Shown here in pieces: positions 36,329-46,261 of a stretch of 59,881 nucleotides of DNA. Origin of the DNA: a virus. Its lineage: Duplodnaviria; Caudoviricetes. The notes beneath the pieces were generated by a model that did no database searches, had not been told where the DNA came from, and saw only the letters and a list, made by a program, of their open reading frames with translations. The position numbers and the translations under genes are program-made. How positions within the stretch are numbered: the stretch's first letter is position 1; each line of letters starts with the position of its first letter. Location: positions 1-59,881 of the IMG/VR virus record IMGVR_UViG_3300021185_001015. One strand, 5' to 3'.

Positions 36329-36811
36329 TTAATTTAGCTGTGATCCCGTAGAATCATAAACAATAACCGACTGAAGGCCATTCCATAATGTTCCAGAAGA
36401 ACACACTAGAGTTAGACTTGCACCAGGAGCCAAGTTTTTTGCAGTATTTGTTCCCAAAGCATCTATTTGTTCACCAGATGCTGGATACACTTTAATATTC
36501 ACTGCTGTGTTGTTGAGAATAGTAGCAACTTTACCTATAGTTGCGTCAGGAAGTACTACACCCTGATCAGCAGTGGCCGTTGTTACTATATTATAGGTCT
36601 TTGTCAGTGCTGTAGCGTCACCTTGTATCGTTCCAGCTGCGGAAACAGTACCTGAGATTGCGAAATTAGTTTCTCCTGCAACGGCAAGCGTACCAACACT
36701 AACATCATCACCAGATTGATACTTGTCAGTATTTAGGTTGGTGAAGTTAGTATCAACCTCATTATTGGTTAAAGGACTGCCTTTAATAGACCTTAGAGTG
36801 ATTGTTGCCAT
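36329..36811 (-). CDS. Small fibre/structural protein
   Basis: ITLRSIKGSPLTNNEVDTNFTNLN N-terminal anchor-type motif; GVVLP...IKVYP. Confidence 0.7.
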   Translation of the reverse strand: MATITLRSIKGSPLTNNEVDTNFTNLNTDKYQSGDDVSVGTLAVAGETNFAISGTVSAAGTIQGDATALTKTYNIVTTATADQGVVLPDATIGKVATILNNTAVNIKVYPASGEQIDALGTNTAKNLAPGASLTLVCSSGTLWNGLQSVIVYDSTGSQLN

Positions 36812-36815
36812 TTAC

Positions 36816-37061
36816 TTATCCCTTGGAATTTAGTTTATCAAGAATTAACTTCAGTGAATCCTTGATATCCGCTACTTCATCTTTTAATGTATTTATATCA
36901 TTCTCATATTGCAGAACCGCAGCTTTATTTTCTTGTCTTTTCTTTCTAGCTTCTTTATATTCTGCAAGTGCCCGGTCATCGGTATTCACCAAACCTTTAG
37001 AATGTATATCTCTATACAGAGTTGGTGATTCTTTTATTTGTACAAATTTATTTATACTCAT
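36816..37061 (-). CDS. Conserved small coiled-coil protein
   Basis: LYRDIHSKGLVNTD...INTLKDEVADIKDSL; follows the DUF4815-like gene as in marine T4-likes. Confidence 0.7.
   Translation of the reverse strand: MSINKFVQIKESPTLYRDIHSKGLVNTDDRALAEYKEARKKRQENKAAVLQYENDINTLKDEVADIKDSLKLILDKLNSKG
37049..37056 (-). promoter_or_regulatory. Possible internal late promoter
   Basis: TATAAATA within the 5' end of the small ORF; could drive 36811 onward. Confidence 0.4.
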
Positions 37062-37062
37062 A

Positions 37063-40000
37063 TTAGACCTGCAATGCGTAAGCTCTGAGTCCAGAGGACT
37101 TAGGTATCTTAGCTGTGTTGCCGCTCAAATGTACAATCTTAATAGAAAAGTCTTTGAATGATTTGAATGTAACCGGTGTAACCGTAACTGCACCAGCAGT
37201 TGCTCCTGCTCCGTCGCCGTCGGGATTAATAGTAGCAGTAACAGTTCCGCCTTCATAGTCTCGACCTGGATTTGTTATCTTTATACCTGTGACTGCTCCG
37301 CCAGAAATGATTGCTTCTGCTGTTGCGCCATAACCAGTACCTTCTGAGTGAACTAAAGACACTGTAGGCGCAGTAGCAGAATATCCAGAACCACCTGCAC
37401 TAACAGCAATTGCAGATACTCTAGACACTGAGTACTCATACACACCTGTACCTGCATCTACGCCTGAGTTGGTTGATCCCTTAGCAGGTATCTTGTATAC
37501 ATACTGTGCAAAGTTTTCAGTTGCAACTTTAGGAGAAGTTTCTACTTCTAACTTCTTCCAGTAGATGTCATTGTTAAACTCAGCATCATCTTCAGCATTT
37601 CTAAATTTACCATAAACTTCTACTGCTGCGTTATTTGGTATCTTGTTGTCCAAGAACACTCTCATATCTTCAGCATCTTGTTTATCTGCTAATACAACTT
37701 GTCGTGAAATATATTTAGCAGATGCATTGCCACCGAATCTAACTTCTTCTGTTACTGTAGAATTTCCACTAATATCTTTCGGATAGTTTATCTTGTTCTT
37801 GTATACACCCATATCCATACTAGCAATATCAATAATAGGCGACAAGTTATTTAGAGGCGTTCTTACTGTAAACCTAACACGAGCAGTCTTGTTTGTAGCA
37901 TACAATGTTTGTTCGTTAGAGTAACTGTATATAGTTTTCTCTGTTTCTAACTCTGTAGTTGAATTGATATCTACTACCGAATACGTTGTATTTGCAGAAG
38001 CTGCTCCAGTGTTAGTTAGAGCAATTTCTTTCTTGATTGTTCCAAGTTCGCCTGCATTCGCAGTTGATAGCTTCAGTACATGTGCATCAACTATACGATT
38101 GCCTATACTGCCAATATTTACAGTAGTAGCTGCATTGCCTACTAGATCAGCAGCAGTGAAATAACCATCTGTGACTTCTAGCTCATATGTTTTATATGCA
38201 GAGTCAAAGTATTTAACTTTTGCACGATTCAATCTCACAGTAACAGTTGCCGCTGTTGTAGGATCGCCCAAACTCAACGCTACAGTTGGATTTGATGTGT
38301 AACCGGCACCAGGATTAGTGAGAGTTATAGTTGTAACTACACCGCCACTCACAACATAAGAGAATTCTCCTCCAGTACCGCCGCCGCCAGTAATAGCAAC
38401 CCCAGTATATGTTCCATCTGTATACCCTACACCTGCACTTGATGTGGTAAAAGTAAAGCCATGAACAAAACTCAATAAATCGAATTTAGGCTGAACAGAT
38501 TGCTTCCATGTATTATTGTCAAATAGTATCCAGTCAGTATTTTTGTTAGTTGTATTTAAAACAAAATCAGTATTGGATGTAAACTTACATCGATTGACAA
38601 TAAACATCAAATCTTCTGATTGATGTGGAGTCCAGCTTCTGTTGTTTGCTGAAGTGAATAAGACACCGCCATGCGCTTGCTTTGTTATTCTGTTTGCTGT
38701 ATTCTTTTCAATTTCTCCAAGCTCACCAACCCACGCTTCATAGTTAGGATCATTTGCTTCAGGCATTAGAACGATACAGTATTCAGTATCGTTTTCTAAA
38801 TGAACTAAATGCTGGAATCTAAACTTAGTTGAAATGAAGTCTACTGCACCAGATACTGCATTAATAGATGCTTTAACATCACTTCTTCTCAAGAATACTT
38901 CACCATTTGGTATTACTTGTTTACCAGGAACGCCGTTTACAACTTCTCTGATTTGTAAAGTGATGCCGTTGTTATTTTCTTCTGGGGGGATTCTCTTGAA
39001 GAATATATCTACAGAAGGTACAAACATACCGCCTGGCATTCCAGTAACAAAGAATGTTTGTGCAAGAGGATCCATGCCAGACATGCAAAGATTTATCTCT
39101 CCAATTCCTGGGAACTTCCAGTTTGAAAAGTCGAACACTGAAGTTGCTTCAGCAACTTTTATTGAAAGTAGTGGATCTGGAGTTTCAGCAGAGACAGTAT
39201 TAGTCTCAATTGCAAATGGGCCCATGATCTGTATGCCAGCAGCTTCATCAGCAGCCGCAAATCTGCCTTCAGTAGTAGTTACCCCCGGAACATAGTCAGC
39301 ATCATCTAATCCAGCAGCGACTAAATTCACACCATTCGCTAAATCAACAGTGATTACTCCGGAAGCACTTCCCCCAGTATTTGTGTTGCCGCCCACATCA
39401 AAGATAGTAACATCAGTTATAGGAGTATCATCTACCACTATAGTGTTTGTTACTGTGTTAAAAGTTTCTGCTTCTGGTACGGTAGCTATAGTAACAACTT
39501 CTGGTACTAATGTTATAGTACCTGCAGAGGATATTGTTGTAGTAGAAGTTGCACATGAAGAGTCAACAGTAGTTACGCCGTATGTTGTTCCATCAAATCT
39601 TCTATATGTATCTTCTCGGCTGCCTGGTGTGCCAATTGAACATCCGCCAGATACAAATACATCTTCTACAGGAATCCATATTGGATCACCTGAATTCTGT
39701 CTATGGGTATCGATTATAACGTCACCCTTCTTCGTCATTGTTCTACCGTCTTCGCCGATAGGAATGATTTCTTTCTTAGTATCAAAAAGAGACTCAGGTA
39801 CCATTGGTGGCGCAGGCCACTTTGTTGTCACATAAGTAGTTTGGAAAGTTCTCTTTGTTCCATTCGCCGTGAATGAAGCTGCGGCATATGACTCAATGTC
39901 ATCAAGTTTGTTTGCGTCAGATATTTCAATTAGGATATTACCACACCTAAATTCACCTTTATTGACACTGATAGAGAAATCTGCTCTACCGTTTGCGTTA

Positions 40001-43000
40001 GTGGTCAATGATCCTTTATTTACTCCGCCCATCACAATATTATGAGTTGCGTTAGGCATCAGTGCCTGTACTGAACCAGAGATAGCAATAGGACGAACAA
40101 AGGCTGCCACTTCAGTATTGATTATAGAGTCGCCGATATTCTCTGTAACTTCGTCAGGAATGTTTCCGTAGAAGATACGAGAACCTGTTCTTTCCCAGGT
40201 CTGAGTATTCTGACCAGCAACAGTAGTTGTAATATCGTATTTTTGTCTGCGACCAGTATATGTGTGAACTTCTTGTTGCCAGTAACCAGAGGCTTCTTCT
40301 TTAGTTTCGAAATCAATAGAAGTAGGTCCGACGCTGCCGCCGTAACCTTTAGGAGGAATTCCTATTTCACCTTCGGTTATTATAGTTTCAGCATTTATTA
40401 TGTCTTCAGATACAAGTTCCCAAGAACCCCAAGTATCTTTCCAATCACCAGTTATCTCTAGGTTGTCCCAAGATCCTTGTTCGTTCTTATATGCAGCTTC
40501 AGCATACGAATCATCGAACCAAGAATCTTCAGAAGGAACTAAATTCAAGCTGCCTCTATATGGCCCAAGAGCAGGCGCAGGCGGAACAGGAGTCACTGAA
40601 GTATCATTAATTGTGACTGAAGTGGTTACCGCATTTCCACCCATTGTTATGCTGTCAAGGGTAAGAGTGAGAGTTTCTGTGCCTTCAGTCAAAGCATCTG
40701 CTGTGATGTTAAATGTTACTGAAGCATCTCCTACTGCATCTAATGTGAATGATCCAGTTAAGCTGGCGCCTCCTATATCAGCAGAAGAAATGCCAGTAAT
40801 TGTATAAGGAATAGTCTGACCATTAGAATTCTCAAGATTTCTAACTTCGAGACTTATTGTGCAAGAATTTCCTTCATTAACTGTTGCGCCCGTAGTTCTA
40901 ATCAGTTGATAGTCAACTTCGAGGGGTCTAGGCTCAGGTCGAGGATCAGCTACTACTACAGGAGGAGGCGCAGGTATAACTGGAGCTGGCACTGGATCGG
41001 GAGTTAATGGATTCACAGTTTCTGGATTGGCGTATAATAATTCACCAACAACATTTCTAAACTTGCTTGCTTGTAGTTGCTTTGTGAATGTAGTTTCTAC
41101 ATAAGGTATATGGAACAAGTCTCCGCTCTGACTCATAGTAGTATCAGTCACGACAGGCTTAAATCCAACAATACTAGAATCAAAAGACGCTCTCATCTGT
41201 TGACGTTTTAAATCCAATGAACATGCGTTATCGTCATGCCCTACTGCGATTGTGCCATAACCCTTGAATGCGTCTATCATCAAACCATTTTTGAATCTAT
41301 CTATGCCATTAGTATCCAAAATCTGAACAGACTTCGCTTCTTTTTCAAGTAAACTCAATGCAGTATAGTATTCGAGATTTGCGATTCTCTCTTCTAATCC
41401 ACCGATATCTCGCATGGTATATCTTTTAGTTCTGACTTGTTCTATATAAATTTTCAAGTCAGACCGCTTATAATAATTCGCAGCTTTTACAGATAAAGCT
41501 GGATACGGCGGCAAGATTCCTTTTGCGATTGTGAGAGAGTTTGCAGGAGCCTCTGGGAACTTAGGATAATCAGCAGACTGCGACTTGAGTACTTTTATTG
41601 TACCAGAGTCAGTAATTACTACTTTGAATGCTTGTGCAAGATAGTAACTTAGATCTGTCGTGAATGTTGCAATAGGGACAGGATTACTCAGTCCTTGAGC
41701 AGGTCTTACAATAGTTTCAGTGATATCAGGATTTAAAGTTGCAGATGCTAATGTAGCAGCCTCAACAGCAGTGTTATTTACATAAGGCCTAAAATCTATG
41801 CAGTTTCTCAAATCAATAATATTGCCTGCTGCAGGAGAATACAAAGGAATCTCCTGAAGGCCAAGACCTGTGCCAGTATAAGAGTCAACACATGCAAAAG
41901 AAGGACCGTTCACAGTTCTTGTTAAATAATCAAATTTTACAGATATATATTTGTAAGTAGATAAATCAACAGAGCTACTTGCTTTTTGCTTTATCTTTGC
42001 CAAACCGTAATAGTTATCTCTTTGACCGTTATCTATAATAAAATCATCAGTAATATTGATTGCGCCAGTTTCATAATCAGCATTAGTAGTAGCAGTGATC
42101 AATTTAATTTTTATAAGATCAGTTACGCCAAGTGAGTACCAGCCACTAGCAGCATTGTAACCAGCTGCATCTGTTTGTATCTTTACATAGTTGTCTTGAA
42201 TTCTTGTCTTTGTAATAGGACCAACGCCATCTGAGTATTGCATGTTCACATATACTCTAACATTGGCATTAGAGGCAGGAGCGCTGCTAAATGTAATAAT
42301 TAGTTGACTTTCAGTTGGTTGAGTTACCGTAATGCTTGCATGAGTCAAGTCTATGTATTCGCCAGCGGCATATGAAACTCCGCCAGCAGTAAATGCATCT
42401 ACAGCTACTGCTTGGATGTTGGCAAGTATTTCAGTAGGAGTTGGGCTTGCAGATAAAAAGAAAGTTTGTTGTGAAGAAGGTCCGGCTAGTGTTATTTGGC
42501 CAGTTCCGGAATCTACAGATGCATCAAATTCGTTGATATATTTAAAATCAAAATCATATGCACCGGCATCTGCTTTCATTGTTTCTAGATTTGCATAAGG
42601 CAATTCCCACACTAATCTGTTGTAGTTGCCTTCTTGAATGACGGCCTCAGAACCTGAGTTCAATACAGTATCGGCAAATGCGTTCGATGTGCTGTTTGCA
42701 TAATGTATCGTTTCAACATCTTTGAATGTTCCTGCCGACATTTTTATATCATAGAGATACAATCGATATTGTGCAGCAGCAGATCCAGCTGTACCAGAAT
42801 TTAATGTCAAGTATCTAACTTTAGCTGTGCCTATTTTATTACCAGCAACTGAAGTCGATGCGAATGAAGCAGCAGTTACCGCAGTTACAGCAGTGTCATA
42901 AAGATCAATAGAAGCGCCGCCGTCTACATCCCACATGCCGCAAACTTCTTTGACTAATGTATAATTTCCGTATGCTGTAGTTTGAGAAACTGAGTTTTCT

Positions 43001-44151
43001 ATTTTAGTATCTTTAGGCTTGTCTACAATTAATGGCAAGTCTTTCTTTGTTTCTATAGGATAACCAGCAACATTTGCAGTACCAGGAGTGATTGAGAAAA
43101 CAAACTTATCAGCATCTCCTCCAGCACTAACACTGAAATAACCAGAGTTTACACCGTTATTTAGATGCTCATGAACTACGGTTTGCAGTCCTTTAATATT
43201 ATAGCTACCATTTGCATCATACGCTCTTTTCGCTAGAATATCACCTAGACCTTTTAATGGGTCTGTTTTGATATTACTTGTTACGATATTTCCATTTCTA
43301 TATGCAGCGTACTGATAGAAGTTTTCTGGTATGTTTCTAGTACCATCAGACTCTCTATAGTTATATGAACGCAATGAAGCTGTGAGTTTTAGTCTGTCTG
43401 CGCCTGGTGCATAGTAGTTGAATGATCCTTGAGCAACGTCTAATAGGGTCTCATCGGTAGACGAGGTAACAATTGACTCCAATACATAAAAACCAATATT
43501 CTTATCAGCTTTAACAACAAATGGATCAATATAAGCAGCAAGATCTGTGGTTCTAATAAATGTACCACGAGCGTATATGATACCAGCACTTAGTTGAATT
43601 CTAGGGGCAGTTCCTTCGTATCGAGTGTTAGATCCTACCGAAGCAGATCCAGAATCTATTGACACAAACTTTTTGCCGTTTAATAGAACATTGTCTGAAG
43701 ATACTGTTAAAGTTTCATTCATAGAAAAAACTTTAGTTATAGAATCTCCTCTTCCTGTGTATGCAATATAAAGAGTTTTAGTATTTGGATTTCCGGCTTC
43801 GGTTCCTTTTCTCACATCAATAATTTGTGCAGTCAGACCTGTTATACTGCCTACAATTTTACTTCCAATATAGCTTGCCAAAGCACTGTTTGCAATAGCA
43901 GCACCGTCAAAATCAGAATCCTTAATCTTTATATATTTTACTACAGTAATTTTTTCTTCACAGCCACTAATAATGGCACCGTCTTTAAGCGTGAAGCTAG
44001 ACAATTGCGATAGTTGATCCGACAGTACGGTTTGAAGCTGCGTTAATTCTCTTGCTTGAACAGCAACGCCAGGCTTGAACAATATTCTATTGTAATTTTT
44101 GGTACTATCAAAATTATCATAATAGGGAGAAGAATTTAGATTAAGAGCCAT
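37063..44151 (-). CDS. Large virion structural protein, DUF4815/VrlC-like
   Basis: PYYDNFD..KNYNRILFKPG.AVQARELTQLQ, APGADRLK, YTMRDIG.LE.RI.NLEYYT.LSLLE, DRFKNG, DPLAQTF. Confidence 0.9.
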   Translation of the reverse strand: MALNLNSSPYYDNFDSTKNYNRILFKPGVAVQARELTQLQTVLSDQLSQLSSFTLKDGAIISGCEEKITVVKYIKIKDSDFDGAAIANSALASYIGSKIVGSITGLTAQIIDVRKGTEAGNPNTKTLYIAYTGRGDSITKVFSMNETLTVSSDNVLLNGKKFVSIDSGSASVGSNTRYEGTAPRIQLSAGIIYARGTFIRTTDLAAYIDPFVVKADKNIGFYVLESIVTSSTDETLLDVAQGSFNYYAPGADRLKLTASLRSYNYRESDGTRNIPENFYQYAAYRNGNIVTSNIKTDPLKGLGDILAKRAYDANGSYNIKGLQTVVHEHLNNGVNSGYFSVSAGGDADKFVFSITPGTANVAGYPIETKKDLPLIVDKPKDTKIENSVSQTTAYGNYTLVKEVCGMWDVDGGASIDLYDTAVTAVTAASFASTSVAGNKIGTAKVRYLTLNSGTAGSAAAQYRLYLYDIKMSAGTFKDVETIHYANSTSNAFADTVLNSGSEAVIQEGNYNRLVWELPYANLETMKADAGAYDFDFKYINEFDASVDSGTGQITLAGPSSQQTFFLSASPTPTEILANIQAVAVDAFTAGGVSYAAGEYIDLTHASITVTQPTESQLIITFSSAPASNANVRVYVNMQYSDGVGPITKTRIQDNYVKIQTDAAGYNAASGWYSLGVTDLIKIKLITATTNADYETGAINITDDFIIDNGQRDNYYGLAKIKQKASSSVDLSTYKYISVKFDYLTRTVNGPSFACVDSYTGTGLGLQEIPLYSPAAGNIIDLRNCIDFRPYVNNTAVEAATLASATLNPDITETIVRPAQGLSNPVPIATFTTDLSYYLAQAFKVVITDSGTIKVLKSQSADYPKFPEAPANSLTIAKGILPPYPALSVKAANYYKRSDLKIYIEQVRTKRYTMRDIGGLEERIANLEYYTALSLLEKEAKSVQILDTNGIDRFKNGLMIDAFKGYGTIAVGHDDNACSLDLKRQQMRASFDSSIVGFKPVVTDTTMSQSGDLFHIPYVETTFTKQLQASKFRNVVGELLYANPETVNPLTPDPVPAPVIPAPPPVVVADPRPEPRPLEVDYQLIRTTGATVNEGNSCTISLEVRNLENSNGQTIPYTITGISSADIGGASLTGSFTLDAVGDASVTFNITADALTEGTETLTLTLDSITMGGNAVTTSVTINDTSVTPVPPAPALGPYRGSLNLVPSEDSWFDDSYAEAAYKNEQGSWDNLEITGDWKDTWGSWELVSEDIINAETIITEGEIGIPPKGYGGSVGPTSIDFETKEEASGYWQQEVHTYTGRRQKYDITTTVAGQNTQTWERTGSRIFYGNIPDEVTENIGDSIINTEVAAFVRPIAISGSVQALMPNATHNIVMGGVNKGSLTTNANGRADFSISVNKGEFRCGNILIEISDANKLDDIESYAAASFTANGTKRTFQTTYVTTKWPAPPMVPESLFDTKKEIIPIGEDGRTMTKKGDVIIDTHRQNSGDPIWIPVEDVFVSGGCSIGTPGSREDTYRRFDGTTYGVTTVDSSCATSTTTISSAGTITLVPEVVTIATVPEAETFNTVTNTIVVDDTPITDVTIFDVGGNTNTGGSASGVITVDLANGVNLVAAGLDDADYVPGVTTTEGRFAAADEAAGIQIMGPFAIETNTVSAETPDPLLSIKVAEATSVFDFSNWKFPGIGEINLCMSGMDPLAQTFFVTGMPGGMFVPSVDIFFKRIPPEENNNGITLQIREVVNGVPGKQVIPNGEVFLRRSDVKASINAVSGAVDFISTKFRFQHLVHLENDTEYCIVLMPEANDPNYEAWVGELGEIEKNTANRITKQAHGGVLFTSANNRSWTPHQSEDLMFIVNRCKFTSNTDFVLNTTNKNTDWILFDNNTWKQSVQPKFDLLSFVHGFTFTTSSAGVGYTDGTYTGVAITGGGGTGGEFSYVVSGGVVTTITLTNPGAGYTSNPTVALSLGDPTTAATVTVRLNRAKVKYFDSAYKTYELEVTDGYFTAADLVGNAATTVNIGSIGNRIVDAHVLKLSTANAGELGTIKKEIALTNTGAASANTTYSVVDINSTTELETEKTIYSYSNEQTLYATNKTARVRFTVRTPLNNLSPIIDIASMDMGVYKNKINYPKDISGNSTVTEEVRFGGNASAKYISRQVVLADKQDAEDMRVFLDNKIPNNAAVEVYGKFRNAEDDAEFNNDIYWKKLEVETSPKVATENFAQYVYKIPAKGSTNSGVDAGTGVYEYSVSRVSAIAVSAGGSGYSATAPTVSLVHSEGTGYGATAEAIISGGAVTGIKITNPGRDYEGGTVTATINPDGDGAGATAGAVTVTPVTFKSFKDFSIKIVHLSGNTAKIPKSSGLRAYALQV

Positions 44152-44162
44152 TTACTTTTTTC

Positions 44163-45779
44163 CTAAAAATTTACCAATGCTTTTATTGTTTCGACCTGAT
44201 CGACGGATCTGGTAATTGTAGGTCTGTTTTCTATATAGACAACATCACCCGTTGAAATTTTTACTTCTGGAACAGCAACACTATTTATACTCAATCCAGT
44301 TATGTTTTTAGTATCATTTATCAATGTACTATTGTTGGTTATGTAAGGAAGAATCGGCTGTAGATGTACTTTATATTTAGAAGTAGTATCGTCATATCTT
44401 ATTTGTATGACACGAAATTTTCCTGAGTCATCTGTAAGAATAATGTCATCAACTGCATAACTTGCCGCACTATCAACGTCTAAAACAAAAAGAGCTGATC
44501 CTGTTTTTAGAGTGTATGGCGAAGAAGGGATTTCGTATTGTCCAATATTCTTTATTAGTCCTATTTGTCTAAAATCATTGTTTAAAAATAAATCTTCATT
44601 TGTGTTATCGTCAAACGACATAGTAATTCCTACAGTCGTGCTAAATAATTCTTTTACAGGATTTGATCCGTGACCATCTATGGGAGAAATTATCGAACGA
44701 GCTGATGCTCCTGTTCCTATAACAACATTCTGAGTAAACGTAATATCTGCAAAAGTATAACCAGTACCACCAGAAGTTATATTGACGCCAGTTATTGTAC
44801 CTGAGCCAGCTGCTATGATTGCATTTGCTTCTGCTCCCATTCCGTCACCAGTAATAGTGACAGTAACATCTCCGGGAGTATAATCTTGACCACCTGAAAG
44901 AATTTCAATACGATCCAATGAGCCGGCAATCGCAGAATTTTCTACCGCTGATTGAAGCCCAGGATTTGGATCGGTGTCTCCCAATAGCACATTTGCTTTA
45001 GCACCTGTGCCTCCGCCTTCGCCTGAGAAACTAACATTTGCAAATGAGTATCCACTACCAGGATTTACAACATTGATTGCAGTTACCACTCCTCCAACCA
45101 CTGTTGCCGTCGCTGTCGCTAATCCATCACCGTCACCTAATATGTTTACTGTGGGCGGATCAAGTGAGTCATAACCAGCGCCGCCAGCAGTAACAGTAAT
45201 AGAATCAATCTCACCGTTGACATCGCCGTATCCACCACCAGTAGTAAGTTTTCTTACTGGAATATGTGAAGAGTCTAAAAATTTAGTCTGATCAGATGCA
45301 GAAACTTGAAACATGAACTTCCACGAATACCCGTCAGAAAGTATCACTGTATTAGTACTGGTGCTTGTTGGCTTCACCGTACTAGGAGCATCGGCGTTGT
45401 TATCAATGCACTTGTAAACTTTGAATTCGTCTGTAATAACATAAAATCGTGCTTCTGCCAAACTACTTGCACCAGACGCTGAAGTATTTGTAGGAGTGTA
45501 ATTGTCATTATACGAATCATATATTGAACCTGATACCCAATCTATTCTTGGAATCAAATGGCAAATTTCAGCAGAAGATATTGTTTGAGTTAGCATTATA
45601 TTATTTCTGAAATTATTAACATAACGTATAGAATCCAATGGATTCTCAGGCGCTTCCTCGTCTGGCCAGGCAGTAGTTTTACCCAACGTAAAACTAAAAT
45701 AGCTATGAGAATTCGTTATGTCTGCAAAGAATGCCCTAGCTAATGCTACTCTTCCTGCTTTTGTTAGTAAGATTGCCAC
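44163..45779 (-). CDS. gp8: Baseplate wedge protein
   Basis: IPRIDW.SG, FYVITDEFKVYKCIDN, DGYSWKFMF, GHGSNP, FRQIGLIKN, GDVVYIENR. Confidence 0.92.
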   Translation of the reverse strand: MAILLTKAGRVALARAFFADITNSHSYFSFTLGKTTAWPDEEAPENPLDSIRYVNNFRNNIMLTQTISSAEICHLIPRIDWVSGSIYDSYNDNYTPTNTSASGASSLAEARFYVITDEFKVYKCIDNNADAPSTVKPTSTSTNTVILSDGYSWKFMFQVSASDQTKFLDSSHIPVRKLTTGGGYGDVNGEIDSITVTAGGAGYDSLDPPTVNILGDGDGLATATATVVGGVVTAINVVNPGSGYSFANVSFSGEGGGTGAKANVLLGDTDPNPGLQSAVENSAIAGSLDRIEILSGGQDYTPGDVTVTITGDGMGAEANAIIAAGSGTITGVNITSGGTGYTFADITFTQNVVIGTGASARSIISPIDGHGSNPVKELFSTTVGITMSFDDNTNEDLFLNNDFRQIGLIKNIGQYEIPSSPYTLKTGSALFVLDVDSAASYAVDDIILTDDSGKFRVIQIRYDDTTSKYKVHLQPILPYITNNSTLINDTKNITGLSINSVAVPEVKISTGDVVYIENRPTITRSVDQVETIKALVNF

Positions 45780-45791
45780 TAGATTTGCCTA

Positions 45792-46238
45792 TTAAGAAAT
45801 TGTAACGGTCCAAGTGACAGTCATTGAATCCGCTGCACCTTTGTTGATTACAGCAAACACTGTACGACATAGCATTGTTCCTGATGAAGCAGCATTAAAA
45901 ATACCCGCTTCTGTCAATGCGCCAGTACCTGTGCCTGCCGCATAAGTAGCAACATATGCAACACTGTTTGTAGTGACTGTAGTTGATGTGAGAGCCTGTA
46001 TAGCAAGTTCTGATCCAAGTGCAGTATTGCCGGCAGCGGCTGCAGTGTTATCTGTACCAACAGCCATGTGTGTCATGGCAGCATCGCTGGTGTCTTTCAT
46101 GCGCCCAGCAATGTATGCAAGACCAGTATCTACTACTAAGTTGGGAACAGTAAATTCTTGCTTAATAGCACCAGTGATTTCGTCACGAACAACGACATTG
46201 ACCATGCCAGTAACTTTTGATGAATCTTTTTTAATCAT
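45792..46238 (-). CDS. Tail collar/baseplate-type structural protein
   Basis: NLVVDTG, HMAVGT, LTEAGIFN, GTMLCRTVF. Confidence 0.65.
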   Translation of the reverse strand: MIKKDSSKVTGMVNVVVRDEITGAIKQEFTVPNLVVDTGLAYIAGRMKDTSDAAMTHMAVGTDNTAAAAGNTALGSELAIQALTSTTVTTNSVAYVATYAAGTGTGALTEAGIFNAASSGTMLCRTVFAVINKGAADSMTVTWTVTIS

Positions 46239-46261
46239 GTGGAATTCTCCATTAGTGTTGT

